NCBI RefSeq assembly: GCF_000007185.1
Contig: NC_003551.1
Coordinates: 1,230,001 to 1,262,000, forward strand
Direction: 5' to 3'
Source: Methanopyrus kandleri AV19
GTDB lineage: Archaea; JAADCQ01; Methanopyri; Methanopyrales; Methanopyraceae
DNA: 32,000 bases
Part shown: positions 24,244 through 32,000 of the stretch, piece after piece
Position numbering within the stretch: position 1 is the first letter of the stretch
Layout of the letters: each line of letters starts with the position of its first letter
Position numbers and translations under genes: made by a program
Notes under the pieces: model-generated
Database searches by the model: none
What the model saw: the letters and a program-made list of their open reading frames with translations, nothing else
Told to the model about the DNA's origin: nothing

Positions 24244-25155
24244 TTGGCTAAGGTCAGTAAGGTGTTCGTGGTCGGGTTCACGGCCAGGAAGGGAGGTACC
24301 GGGAAGACGACCTGCTCGTTCAACGTAGGGTTCGAGTTCGCCAGGAGGAGGAAGTGGAAGGGTGTGAAGAGCCATCCGGTGTTCTTCGTGGACGTCGATC
24401 CGCAGGCGATCGGTAAGGAGTCGGAGCGGGCGGCCACTACGCTTACCGACCTCTTCAGGATCGGGCCTTTCGACCTAACACCCCTCAAACTAGAGGGCGA
24501 CAGGATGGTCGAGGCCAGACGCGTCACGAAGGAGACCGTCGAGAGGACCGGTGGTTTCGAGTTGTTCCACGTGAAATACTCGCCGGATCCCGAGGAGTTC
24601 GACAATGCAGATCCTATGTGCTCGGTTCACGATAAGGTGTTCCTAGCTCACCTCAGCACGCACATCTCGGAGTCGCCGGGTATGATGGATTTCGGGAAGT
24701 TCCTGAACGCCATCACGGGGGCCGGGTTCGACGGTATCGTCGTCCTCGACACCCCTCCGCTGAACGTCAGGACGACCTTCGTCCTCAACGCGCTGGAACA
24801 CTGTGATTTAGTGGTTCCAGTCCTGAACCCGGAGTCCTACGATCAGATCCCCGACTTCATCAGGCGACACCCTGTGCGGTTCATCGTGCTCAACCAGATG
24901 CTGAAGGGTAGGACGAAGGAGGCGGAGAAGATCCGCAGGGAGATCGAGGGTTACCTCAAGAGGACGACGTTGGACGAGGACGACGTCATCTGGATCCCTA
25001 GCAACGACCAGCTCCGCTCGTGCACGAACACCGGGGTTCCGGCTAGGTGTAGGAACCCCAAGCCCCAGGCCGTCACGCCCAAGTTCCATCACATAGCCTG
25101 GAGGATTGAAGTGGAGCGGGAGCGGCGGAGCAAGATCAGCGAGATCAGGCTCTGA
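24244..25155 (+). CDS. ParA/MinD/Soj-family P-loop ATPase
   Basis: Deviant Walker A FTARKGGTGKTTCSF, DVDPQ, Walker B GIVVLDTPP. TTG 24244 or GTG 24262 is the start. Confidence 0.9.
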   Translation: MAKVSKVFVVGFTARKGGTGKTTCSFNVGFEFARRRKWKGVKSHPVFFVDVDPQAIGKESERAATTLTDLFRIGPFDLTPLKLEGDRMVEARRVTKETVERTGGFELFHVKYSPDPEEFDNADPMCSVHDKVFLAHLSTHISESPGMMDFGKFLNAITGAGFDGIVVLDTPPLNVRTTFVLNALEHCDLVVPVLNPESYDQIPDFIRRHPVRFIVLNQMLKGRTKEAEKIRREIEGYLKRTTLDEDDVIWIPSNDQLRSCTNTGVPARCRNPKPQAVTPKFHHIAWRIEVERERRSKISEIRL

Positions 25156-25169
25156 GCGGGGGAGCGCCG

Positions 25170-25841
25170 GTGTTCGAGCTGGCCGTCAAGGCCTTCGGTC
25201 TCCCGGATTCGACCGTGACCCACGCCAAGCGCGGCCTCCAGATCATGGACGACCGGGCTTCGAGGGGCCGGAAGCCGGTCACGAGGGGCGACTACGGTAA
25301 GGTGACGAGGGGGGTCGCCAGGCTCGTCAGGCACGCCCACACGACGCTGGTGGTACCGGGTCTCGACGTCGTCACGAAGTGGGCTAAGCGCTACGGGAAA
25401 AGGCCCTGGAAGATCGTCCGTAACGTCCTCGAGGACGGTGGCGGGCTCCTCGACGAGACCCCCCTGAGGTTCGAGGACCTGCCGCCGGGCGCCGCCCCGA
25501 TCGCGGCCGTGGTCAGGACGGGGAACGCCCGGAAGGTCGTCGAGGAGGCGTTCCTGACGGAATACCCGCTGTTCGCGGCGATGATGTGCGCGGTGCTCGA
25601 GGACGCGGCTCGGACAATGCTCGAGCGGTTCTCGGAGGAGGAGGTCGAGACTTACGGGGAGTTCTGTCGGAAGCACCCGGGGAGGCACGGTTCCAGCTTC
25701 CTGATCGGGGTAGCCCTCTGGGGCTGGCTCGAGGAGAGGACGGGGGAGACTATCGACGTCGACGAGACCCTCAGGAGCATCGAGAAACTCGCCAGGGACC
25801 CGGTGGAGGAGGCCGTGAACGGGATCCTAGACGTCGGCTGA
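25170..25841 (+). CDS. Hypothetical protein downstream of ParA (candidate partition adaptor)
   Basis: 223-aa ORF. GTG start 14 nt after the ParA stop, preceded by GGGGGAG. The translation is protein-like (VVTKWAKRYGKRPWKIVRNVLEDGGGLLDETPLRFEDL; FLIGVALWGWLEERTGETIDVDETLRSIEKLARDPVEEAV). No family recognised. Confidence 0.65.
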   Translation: MFELAVKAFGLPDSTVTHAKRGLQIMDDRASRGRKPVTRGDYGKVTRGVARLVRHAHTTLVVPGLDVVTKWAKRYGKRPWKIVRNVLEDGGGLLDETPLRFEDLPPGAAPIAAVVRTGNARKVVEEAFLTEYPLFAAMMCAVLEDAARTMLERFSEEEVETYGEFCRKHPGRHGSSFLIGVALWGWLEERTGETIDVDETLRSIEKLARDPVEEAVNGILDVG

Positions 25842-25897
25842 TACCCGCCGAGGCAGTGACTAGAGGATCTCTCGGAGAGTTTAACGGACTGGGGGCG

Positions 25898-27057
25898 GTG
25901 CCGGTGGATGCTGAGCACTGGGAAGTCCCGATTGTGCCGAAACCCGAGTTCCGGGAGGCACTGCAACGGTACATGATCTCCCGACTCGAGGAGGTCGGCG
26001 TTGGCCCCAAAACCGTCGAACAAATTGTAAACCTTAATATCGAGAAGGTGGAGCCATGGAATGACATCAAATCAAAGATAACTTATGAAATCCAATATAA
26101 TTTGAAGCATTGCTGTTGCATGGTAGAGGACTTAAAAAAAGATTTGAAACGTATCTACGGAGAGTTGAGGCTTGAGGACCTCTGCTCGTTCGGTGACGCT
26201 GCCCTGTGGTTACTCGGCGTCCGTAGAGCGGTGGTCGAGTTCATCCACGACCTCCTTCTCGAGCGACCGGACCTCACTAAGGCTGTTGACCTCTGGTTGG
26301 TCGGAAGGATGCTCGATGCGGGCGAACTCAAGGCGGCTACGGAGCTCCTGGAACTGAACGGGTACGAGGTTCCTCCGTCCCCAACTCGAGTACCAGAGCT
26401 AAAAACTACCGAAAGAGTCCATAGGCTGGGTCACGTAATGACTGAAACGATACTCACGGCCCACGCGCTCTCGAACAGGGTCGATAGCAGCTCCTTCGAC
26501 GAAGCCGTTGGAAAGGTCAGGAACTGGTTCAAGGAGGCCCAGTCATCGCTGAGGAATGAAGTTCAGAAGGAGGATAGCTCGGAGCTAGTGGTGAAATTTA
26601 TCGAAGGGTTGCGCGACACGCTGGAGGATCTTATCAGAAAGACGTTAGAGCACGGTAAACCCGAGCTTGAGGAGGTCAACTCTACTTTCGAGCTGTTGGG
26701 TATCGACGATCTAGGTTCGTTTTTCAGCCGGGCGTGTGGTGAGTTCAAACGGGCGGTGGATTACCTCGTCGAGGTGGTCGAGTTCGACCCCGGACGAATG
26801 GCGAAGAACTTACTCCGAGCGAGTCCGGAGATAGAACTCGGGGATCGGACGCTGGAACCGGAAGTGTACGATCCGAGGTGGAGCATCTTCGAGCGAGACC
26901 TGAGCGAGCTCGACAGGATTACGAAGGAGATGATCGAAGAGCTGGTCACCGAGACCGATCGGTCTTCCTCCGAGCGCGAAGCCCCCCCGACCCACTGTCC
27001 GAGGTCGTGGACTCCGTCGTCAAGGAGGCGCTTGACAAACGCCGAGGGAACTCTTGA
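25898..27057 (+). pseudogene. Paralog 1 of the novel triplicated family, frameshifted at a C7 run
   Basis: Homologous to 28311-29615 and 29840-31165. Matching segments: VPIVPKPEFREALQRYMISRLEEVGV vs VPLSPTEEFYDRVKSYVERRMSDLGL; VDLWLVGRMLDAG vs VNLWIAGAALASQ; ILTAHALSNRV vs CLTAHAMVNRG; EIELGDRTLEPEVYDP vs EIRLGDKIIPPEEYDP. After the C7 run at 26982-26988 the running frame becomes P/S/R-rich junk. The frame reached by adding one C reads DPLSEVVDSVVKEALDKRRGNS* (stop 27055-27057), matching the family C-terminus. Start GTG 25898 or 25904. Confidence 0.65.
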
Positions 27058-27182
27058 ACCCAGTCCTACCCCCTATCGCTCGATGACTCCTAGGATCTCT
27101 CCCAGCGATCCTGTCGGAAAAAGGTCCCCGCTAGAACCGCGCCCGAACTCCCCGACGGCCGCGCATGCCTTAGTGGGTACCC

Positions 27183-28277
27183 TTGATACTGTTCTCGTTC
27201 CGACGACTTTACGCCCGGGATCGCGACCGAGCGCCACGTCTCACGGGGCGGTGGGCGTTGAGGGTACTCCCGGCCGACGAGCTGGAGGAGTGGCTGTCGG
27301 AACGACTGGAAAGCTTCGTGGGCGAGGTCGGCGAGTACTCGATCGTGCTCGCGTGCGCGTTCTCCAGGCGCGTGGGGAGCGGGTTGCCCGCGAGCGACCT
27401 CGTGACGGCCATCCGGGAGCTAGACCCCGGCCCGTGCCGGGTCATGCTGCTGTGGGGCGCCGGTACCACCGAGGTGGCGGACCCGCTGGAGGCCGTGCGG
27501 GCCGCGGAGGACCTGCGCGGTTGCGGCGATGAGGCCTGGATCGGCGTGCACCCGACGCGACCCTTCCACGGTAAGTTCCTCCGCGTGCTCCCGGAGGGTG
27601 AGGGCCCGGAGCTCTCGATCGCCTTCAGCTGGAACCTCTCGCGGACGGCGGCGGACGCGGGTTCACTCGAGAGCGTGCTCGAGCGAAGGGAGGAGCGCGG
27701 TGAAACGTTCGAAGAGTTCGTGGGCAGGCTACGCGAGGACGGCTGGCTCGTGGGCCGGTTACGCCGTGAGGGTGGGAAGTCCCGCGTCGTCCTCGAGGAC
27801 GTGCGGAAGTTCAGGTTCCCCTGCTCGGGCCCCCGGGAGGTGCGGGTGCGTGGACGGGTGGGCGTGCTCTCGGGAACGGTGAGCGTCACGGAGCTGGTCC
27901 TGGACGACGGGTCGCGGGAGGTGACGTTGGTCCTGGATAGGGGGCTCCGCGAGTCCTTCGAGGACGTCGAGTCGGTGGTGACGGAGGTCGTAGAGGGGGA
28001 GTTCCGGCGGGTCGTGCAGGACGGGGAACTGGAGAGCGACGTGGTGCGGTACGGGATCGTCCGCGCGGTGCGGGACGTCGTGGAGGAACTCGTCGAGCGG
28101 GGTGAGGCGGAGTACGAGGTCGCCGTGCGGGCGGAGGAGACGGTGAACGGCGACGAGGCGGGTGTGCTCGCGGACGAGTGGAGGTTCCCGAACGCGAAGG
28201 CGGCCCTACGCTCGCTCGTCCGGGAGATCCTCCGGACACGGTTGCGCGAGGTGTTGGAGGAGTTAGTTGAAAGTTAA
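27183..28277 (+). CDS. PLD/HKD-like nuclease-fold protein with acidic C-terminal extension
   Basis: 364-aa ORF. The start is uncertain (TTG 27183, or the TTG giving MRVLPADELEEWL). It has alternating beta-strand pattern (YSIVLACAF, RVMLLWG) and an HKD-like motif, VHPTRPFHGKFLRVLPEGEGPELSIAFSWNLSRTA (H-x-K ... S-x-N with an insertion). The antisense 226-aa ORF is S/R/P junk. Confidence 0.6.
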   Translation: MILFSFRRLYARDRDRAPRLTGRWALRVLPADELEEWLSERLESFVGEVGEYSIVLACAFSRRVGSGLPASDLVTAIRELDPGPCRVMLLWGAGTTEVADPLEAVRAAEDLRGCGDEAWIGVHPTRPFHGKFLRVLPEGEGPELSIAFSWNLSRTAADAGSLESVLERREERGETFEEFVGRLREDGWLVGRLRREGGKSRVVLEDVRKFRFPCSGPREVRVRGRVGVLSGTVSVTELVLDDGSREVTLVLDRGLRESFEDVESVVTEVVEGEFRRVVQDGELESDVVRYGIVRAVRDVVEELVERGEAEYEVAVRAEETVNGDEAGVLADEWRFPNAKAALRSLVREILRTRLREVLEELVES

Positions 28278-28421
28278 TTTAGGACAGATGTTATCTCATC
28301 AGGAGGTTCCGTGTCGCCAGGGGGCGTTCCAGTGCCCGAGCGCGTCCCATTGAGCCCGACCGAAGAGTTCTATGACAGGGTGAAATCGTACGTGGAACGC
28401 CGAATGTCGGACCTCGGCTTA
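28273..28421 (+). repeat. Duplicated leader plus 5' coding block of paralog 2 (copy 1 of 2)
   Basis: 149 bp collinear and ungapped with 29781-29929: GTTAATTTAG...CAGGAGGTTCCGT...CAGGGGGCGTTCCAGTGCC.GAG.GCGTCCC..TGAGCCCGACCGA...ATGTCGGACCTCGGCTTA. It includes a TATA-like TTAATTTA and AGGAGGT. Confidence 0.85.
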
Positions 28422-29615
28422 GAACCTCCGGAGGATAATGAGAGTCTTCTCTACGATGAGAAGTATGGTCATTTCTGGACGTTCAACGGATTTGGTCGAG
28501 AATTGTGGAGTGATTTAAGTGCAGTATGGATATTAATCGTATTACCTTCGAATGGTCTTCTTTCAGAAAACATATTCGAACTTGAGGAACAACCGTCGAC
28601 GGGTAAGGTATTAAGGGACGAAGTAGAAAGAGTTGGAAGGGGATTGCTAGAGCGGGAGTCTAAGCGTCATTTTAGTGATTACTTTTTGGGAGAACTAGAA
28701 GTCTTCAAGGAAGCCTCACAGCATGTCAAACGCTTCGTACTAGATGAGCCGAACTTTGAGGTTGCGGTTAACCTCTGGATCGCCGGAGCTGCTCTTGCGT
28801 CTCAAGATGGTACCCCAAGAATCGCCATCCAGGCTATCAGTTCGATAGACACCGAAGTTTCTGAGTTTCCAGTTGGGGTTCCTTCGTACCCTCTTGGTTA
28901 TATCCTCCAAGGTTGTGGCATAACGGCTTCCGTACTCTGCCTGACTGCTCACGCGATGGTTAACCGTGGAGTAGAAGAAGATCAGTTACTTGAATATCTA
29001 AGTGATACGCCCTATGGTGAGAAAGTTCGGATTATATGCGCATCATGGGTTGAGGGAACGTACAAAGAGGTGATTAAAGAATGCCTAGAAGGTTTGAAAG
29101 ATGGACTTAATAGATTACTGAGGAAAGGACGAGGTTTAAACATGAGGGATCTAGGGATAGACGACCCTGAGGAGTTCGCTCATGAAGTTTTGAGAAAACT
29201 TGCTGATGTAATAGCTAACATCTCCGCCGTCTTCGAAACTGTTCACAGAGAACCTGAGAGGATCGTTCATACCCTTCTCTCGGTCGATGAAGAGATACGA
29301 CTCGGAGATAAGATCATCCCACCTGAGGAATATGATCCAAATGGAACAAATATGTATCGGTTGGAGAAGACCTTCGAGAGTATCGATGCTGAGAAATTTG
29401 TAGAAGATGCTATGAAAACAGTCGGTAAGCTCGTAGGCGGGTCAAAGGGTGAAGATGTAGCCGAAACCGCGACCAAACTGGCGACAGAAGCGGTAAAACA
29501 GGGGTTGAACATAATATCCGAGTCGGGTGGGGATCGTAAGGGGAGGAGCACACTAGGGGAGCTCATCGAATCCGTCGTTAAGGAGGTCATGGGTGACGAC
29601 CGGAAGAGAAAGTAA
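28311..29615 (+). CDS. Paralog 2 of the novel triplicated family (434 aa)
   Basis: Long ORF through AT-rich DNA. GTG 28311 is the first start; GTG 28332 (MPERVPLSPTEEFYD) corresponds to the paralog 3 start. The C-terminus GGSKGEDVAETATKLATEAVKQGLNIISESGGDRKGRSTLGELIESVVKEVMGDDRKRK is conserved in paralog 3. No known family recognised. Confidence 0.85.
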   Translation: MSPGGVPVPERVPLSPTEEFYDRVKSYVERRMSDLGLEPPEDNESLLYDEKYGHFWTFNGFGRELWSDLSAVWILIVLPSNGLLSENIFELEEQPSTGKVLRDEVERVGRGLLERESKRHFSDYFLGELEVFKEASQHVKRFVLDEPNFEVAVNLWIAGAALASQDGTPRIAIQAISSIDTEVSEFPVGVPSYPLGYILQGCGITASVLCLTAHAMVNRGVEEDQLLEYLSDTPYGEKVRIICASWVEGTYKEVIKECLEGLKDGLNRLLRKGRGLNMRDLGIDDPEEFAHEVLRKLADVIANISAVFETVHREPERIVHTLLSVDEEIRLGDKIIPPEEYDPNGTNMYRLEKTFESIDAEKFVEDAMKTVGKLVGGSKGEDVAETATKLATEAVKQGLNIISESGGDRKGRSTLGELIESVVKEVMGDDRKRK

Positions 29616-29780
29616 GTGGTCATTCTTTGCCTTCTCAATGATTAAGTGTCCTCGTACCGTTCTCTACCGATCGCCGATACTCCGAAATCCCTACTCTACC
29701 GTCAGGAAAGCCCTCCGAACGGACGTTCCATCGACTAAAAGGAGTATCTCAACTGTGTGAAGCACTGTAAGGTTGGTTAA

Positions 29781-29929
29781 GTTAATTTAGAGCGGACGTT
29801 GTCTCACCAGGAGGTTCCGTACCGTCAGGGGGCGTTCCAGTGCCTGAGTGCGTCCCGCTGAGCCCGACCGATAGGTTCTACGACAAGGTGAAATCCTACG
29901 TGAGACACCGGATGTCGGACCTCGGCTTA
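29781..29929 (+). repeat. Duplicated leader plus 5' coding block of paralog 3 (copy 2 of 2)
   Basis: See 28273-28421. Same length and block order, offset 1508 bp. Confidence 0.85.
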
Positions 29930-31165
29930 AGGATTGGAGATGCCGCTCTTTACGATACAAAGTACGGTCCCCTTTCACCACTTCCCATTTTCATGGATGG
30001 ATGGTGGCGTGGATCATGGATTCGAGAGCGTAGATTATGGGATGGAAAGCTGGACAAGCCATGGCTATTAACCGTGTCAGTCCTAGCCGAACTTTTCGAT
30101 TCTAATCCTGAAGAAATTGCTGGCATTCCCTCAATTGAAATTGAACCAGGAGCATCAAAATTGGGATATATGCTAAGGAAAATGATAAAGACTGGAGAGG
30201 AGTCGTTAAAAGAGAAACGGGAGTATGGACACCTAAGCGACTATATTCTGTGGGCACTGGAAGTAATTGAGGTGATCACTCGAAGAATCAGGGATCTCGT
30301 ACTGGACAAGCCAAGCCTTGAGACCGCCCTGAACTTTTGGGTCATTGGAGCTGTTCTTAGCTCTCGAAACGTTTCAAAAGTTACTGTCATTAGCGATTCA
30401 GTGGATCTTGAAATACCGAAGTCTTCTGTCGAGATTCCGTTACCTTATGGCATTAACATTCAAGGTAGTAGCTCAATAACTTCCACGCTCTATGTAATTG
30501 CTCACGCGATGGTACATCGTGGGATAGATGAAGACCAGCTGTTAGAACACTTTAATATACAAACAGTGTGCGCGTTATGGATCGAGGAGAATATGCATAA
30601 AAAGATGATTAAGAAAGGACTAGAGGAATTAAAACACGGTTTTGAAAAGTTACTAAAGAAGTCGAAGTGGGAGCTGGAACTCGAAGACTTAGGGATCGAT
30701 GACCCCGAAGCGTTCTTCCACGAAGTCTCGAAAAAACTCGCCGAGATTGTGACCAACGTTTCAACCGCTTTTGAAACTATTCAAGATAAGCCCGAAGAGA
30801 TCGCCCGGAACCTGCTCTCGGTCGACGAGGAGATCCGACTCGGGGACGAGGTCATCCCGCCCGAAGAGTACGATCCCAAGTGGAGACAATCACAACGCGT
30901 GAAACAACACGTAAAAGGCACTCTGGAAAGCATCGACACCGAGAAACTCGCGGAAGATGCGTTGAAGACGGTAGGAAGGCTCGTAGGCGGGTCGAAGGGC
31001 GAGGAGATGGCCGAGACCGCGGCCAAGCTGGCGACGGAGGTAGTAAAACGAGGGTTGGACATGGTGTCCGAGTCAAGTGGGAATCGTAAGGAGAGGAGTG
31101 TGCTAGGGGAACTCATCGAGGCGGTCGTCAAGGAGGTCATGGACGGCGCTCGGAAGAGGAAGTAG
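29840..31165 (+). CDS. Paralog 3 of the novel triplicated family (441 aa)
   Basis: GTG 29840 is the first start after the in-frame stop at 29783-29785. MPECVPLSPTDRFYDKVKSYVRHRMSDLGL; LNFWVIGAVLSS; YVIAHAMVHRGIDEDQLLEHF; LLSVDEEIRLGDEVIPPEEYDP; C-terminus GGSKGEEMAETAAKLATEVVKRGLDMVSESSGNRKERSVLGELIEAVVKEVMDGARKRK. Confidence 0.85.
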   Translation: MPECVPLSPTDRFYDKVKSYVRHRMSDLGLRIGDAALYDTKYGPLSPLPIFMDGWWRGSWIRERRLWDGKLDKPWLLTVSVLAELFDSNPEEIAGIPSIEIEPGASKLGYMLRKMIKTGEESLKEKREYGHLSDYILWALEVIEVITRRIRDLVLDKPSLETALNFWVIGAVLSSRNVSKVTVISDSVDLEIPKSSVEIPLPYGINIQGSSSITSTLYVIAHAMVHRGIDEDQLLEHFNIQTVCALWIEENMHKKMIKKGLEELKHGFEKLLKKSKWELELEDLGIDDPEAFFHEVSKKLAEIVTNVSTAFETIQDKPEEIARNLLSVDEEIRLGDEVIPPEEYDPKWRQSQRVKQHVKGTLESIDTEKLAEDALKTVGRLVGGSKGEEMAETAAKLATEVVKRGLDMVSESSGNRKERSVLGELIEAVVKEVMDGARKRK

Positions 31166-31322
31166 GTGAAGTCGCCCTTACATTCCTCGATAATCCCTAT
31201 ATCACCGCAACTCCCGACCGTTGGGTCCGGCGGATTATCTGGCGCTCAGCGTCCAGCAACAACAGCACTGCCCTCGGCGTCGTAGGGTGAGGAGGCTCCG
31301 CACGTTTCCGCAGACCCGACTG

Positions 31323-31349
31323 GAATCGTTAATATTTCTGTAACGATTC
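31323..31349. repeat. Perfect 9-bp inverted repeat (hairpin) in an AT-rich patch
   Basis: GAATCGTTA (31323-31331), atatttctg, TAACGATTC (31341-31349). Confidence 0.85.
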
Positions 31350-31535
31350 TGAGTTGAGCTGCTGGAGAACCCCTCCGAACCCGTGATATTCCACACTAAG
31401 ATAGCGAGCTCATACTACTAATGGTTTTCGGGAACCACCGACCGCCGAAACCCCGGGGATCCCGACTTTACCCCGGAGAAAGCCGATCGGACGGGCGCTT
31501 CGTAGGGTAGGAAACCCTAAAGTTTCCGTAATAAC

Positions 31536-32000
31536 TCAACCGGTATCGTCACGACGCCACCGGACCGCGCGCCGTCCGATCGGTACGGGGATCGCCGGCA
31601 GAACGTGTCGCGACCCACGCCCCGACGACCCCTCGGACTCCCCGGTCTCCCCGCGTGTCCCCTCGACCTCGGAACCACTCGACCCGCCCGCGGGGAACTC
31701 CTCCAGCGTCCACTCCCCGAAACCGGGGTACTCCCGACGCACCGGCTTCAGCAGGTGACGGACACCGTCCCGGTCCTCGACGATCAGCCCCTCCGACGTC
31801 GGGTCACCGAGCGGTACTCCCGGGACTCCCGCACGGAACGCCCGTCGGAGAGGACCACGACGAACCCGTCGTCGAACCGGAAGACGGCCACGAACCAACC
31901 GTCCGACAGGTCCCGGCGGTACACCGGCTCCCCCGATCGCTCGGACGGGAGGACGTACGCGCGGCCGGTCCCCGGGTCGAGGACGACCGACCCCGCGACG
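31536..32000 (-). pseudogene. 3' end of a paralog of the 1137-aa secreted protein, frameshifted; continues beyond the window
   Basis: One minus-strand frame, open from the window edge, reads ...GEPVYRRDLSDGWFVAVFRFDDGFVVVLSDGRSVRESREYRSVTRRRRG* (stop 31784-31786). A second frame continues with DPTSEGLIVEDRDGVRHLLKPVRREYPGFGEWTLEEF...LPAIPVPIGRRAVRWRRDDTG* (stop at 31536). Joined, they parallel the end of 7166-10579: LRRLDGGWFLAVFDIDGEYLVVLSDGKKVVDRRLYDSVEPRPDGTLVARTPAGEEVVLRVERTGDGWTLTEG...RRIPVPVPPVPVRRRRSA. A single-nt indel near 31800-31815 separates the frames. Confidence 0.7.

Noticed and set aside
25586-27532. The 648-aa ORF taken at face value as one gene.
   Set aside because: It is a composite. 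The first ~100 codons overlap the better 25170-25841 gene and are G/R-rich. The middle is the real paralog 1. Everything after the C7 run (26982-26988) is P/S/R/G-rich read-through that overlaps the PLD-like gene. It is called instead as 25898-27057 with a frameshift.
28301-28332. AGGAGGT at 28301-28307 as the Shine-Dalgarno sequence fixing the paralog start at GTG 28311.
   Set aside because: In paralog 3 the same conserved AGGAGGT is followed by GTA rather than a start codon, and the first start is 24 nt further on (29840, equivalent to 28332). The motif therefore cannot be used to decide the start, and both starts are reported.

Overview
The sequence looks archaeal and high-GC. Sampled 60-nt lines are about 70% G+C. 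Proteins are acidic and rich in E/R/V/L, GTG and TTG starts are frequent, and terminators are oligo-T. I guess a Methanopyrus-like hyperthermophile, but that is inference only.

Layout, left to right:
(1) 1-10.6 kb looks chromosomal. It holds a 5'-truncated feoB, a ferritin-like di-iron protein, an anchored surface protein, hypothetical genes and a 1137-aa secreted beta-rich protein. These are interrupted by unusually long ORF-free GC-rich spacers (1195-1754 and 2985-4370). The spacers carry a repeated ~60-nt hairpin element and GAUGA/CUGA-type motifs, so they may encode structured RNA.
(2) 10.6-31.5 kb looks like an accessory island. It is bracketed by inverted paralogs of the large secreted protein; the right-hand copy is frameshifted.

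The island contains:
- a PIN nuclease and a PLD-like protein, convergent and overlapping;
- an abruptly AT-rich foreign gene;
- a beta-CASP metallo-beta-lactamase nuclease;
- a divergent pair of a Zn-ribbon DUF1156-type DNA methyltransferase and a DUF499 (BrxC/PglY-like) P-loop ATPase, the latter followed by an overlapping or split C-terminal ORF;
- a ~0.9-kb AT-rich non-coding spacer with 21-bp-phased direct repeats;
- a plasmid-like block: a wHTH gene with a palindromic operator, a ParA ATPase, an unknown gene, and then three paralogs of an unrecognised ~390-440-aa family interleaved with a second PLD-like nuclease.

The three paralogs share duplicated leaders. They have conserved GC-rich ends and divergent AT-rich cores, and one is broken at a C7 homopolymer.

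The two most interesting candidates are the helicase-, PglZ- and REase-less methylase/DUF499/beta-CASP module and the ParA-linked triplicated family with its PLD nuclease. No rRNA, tRNA, CRISPR array, integrase or transposase could be supported.
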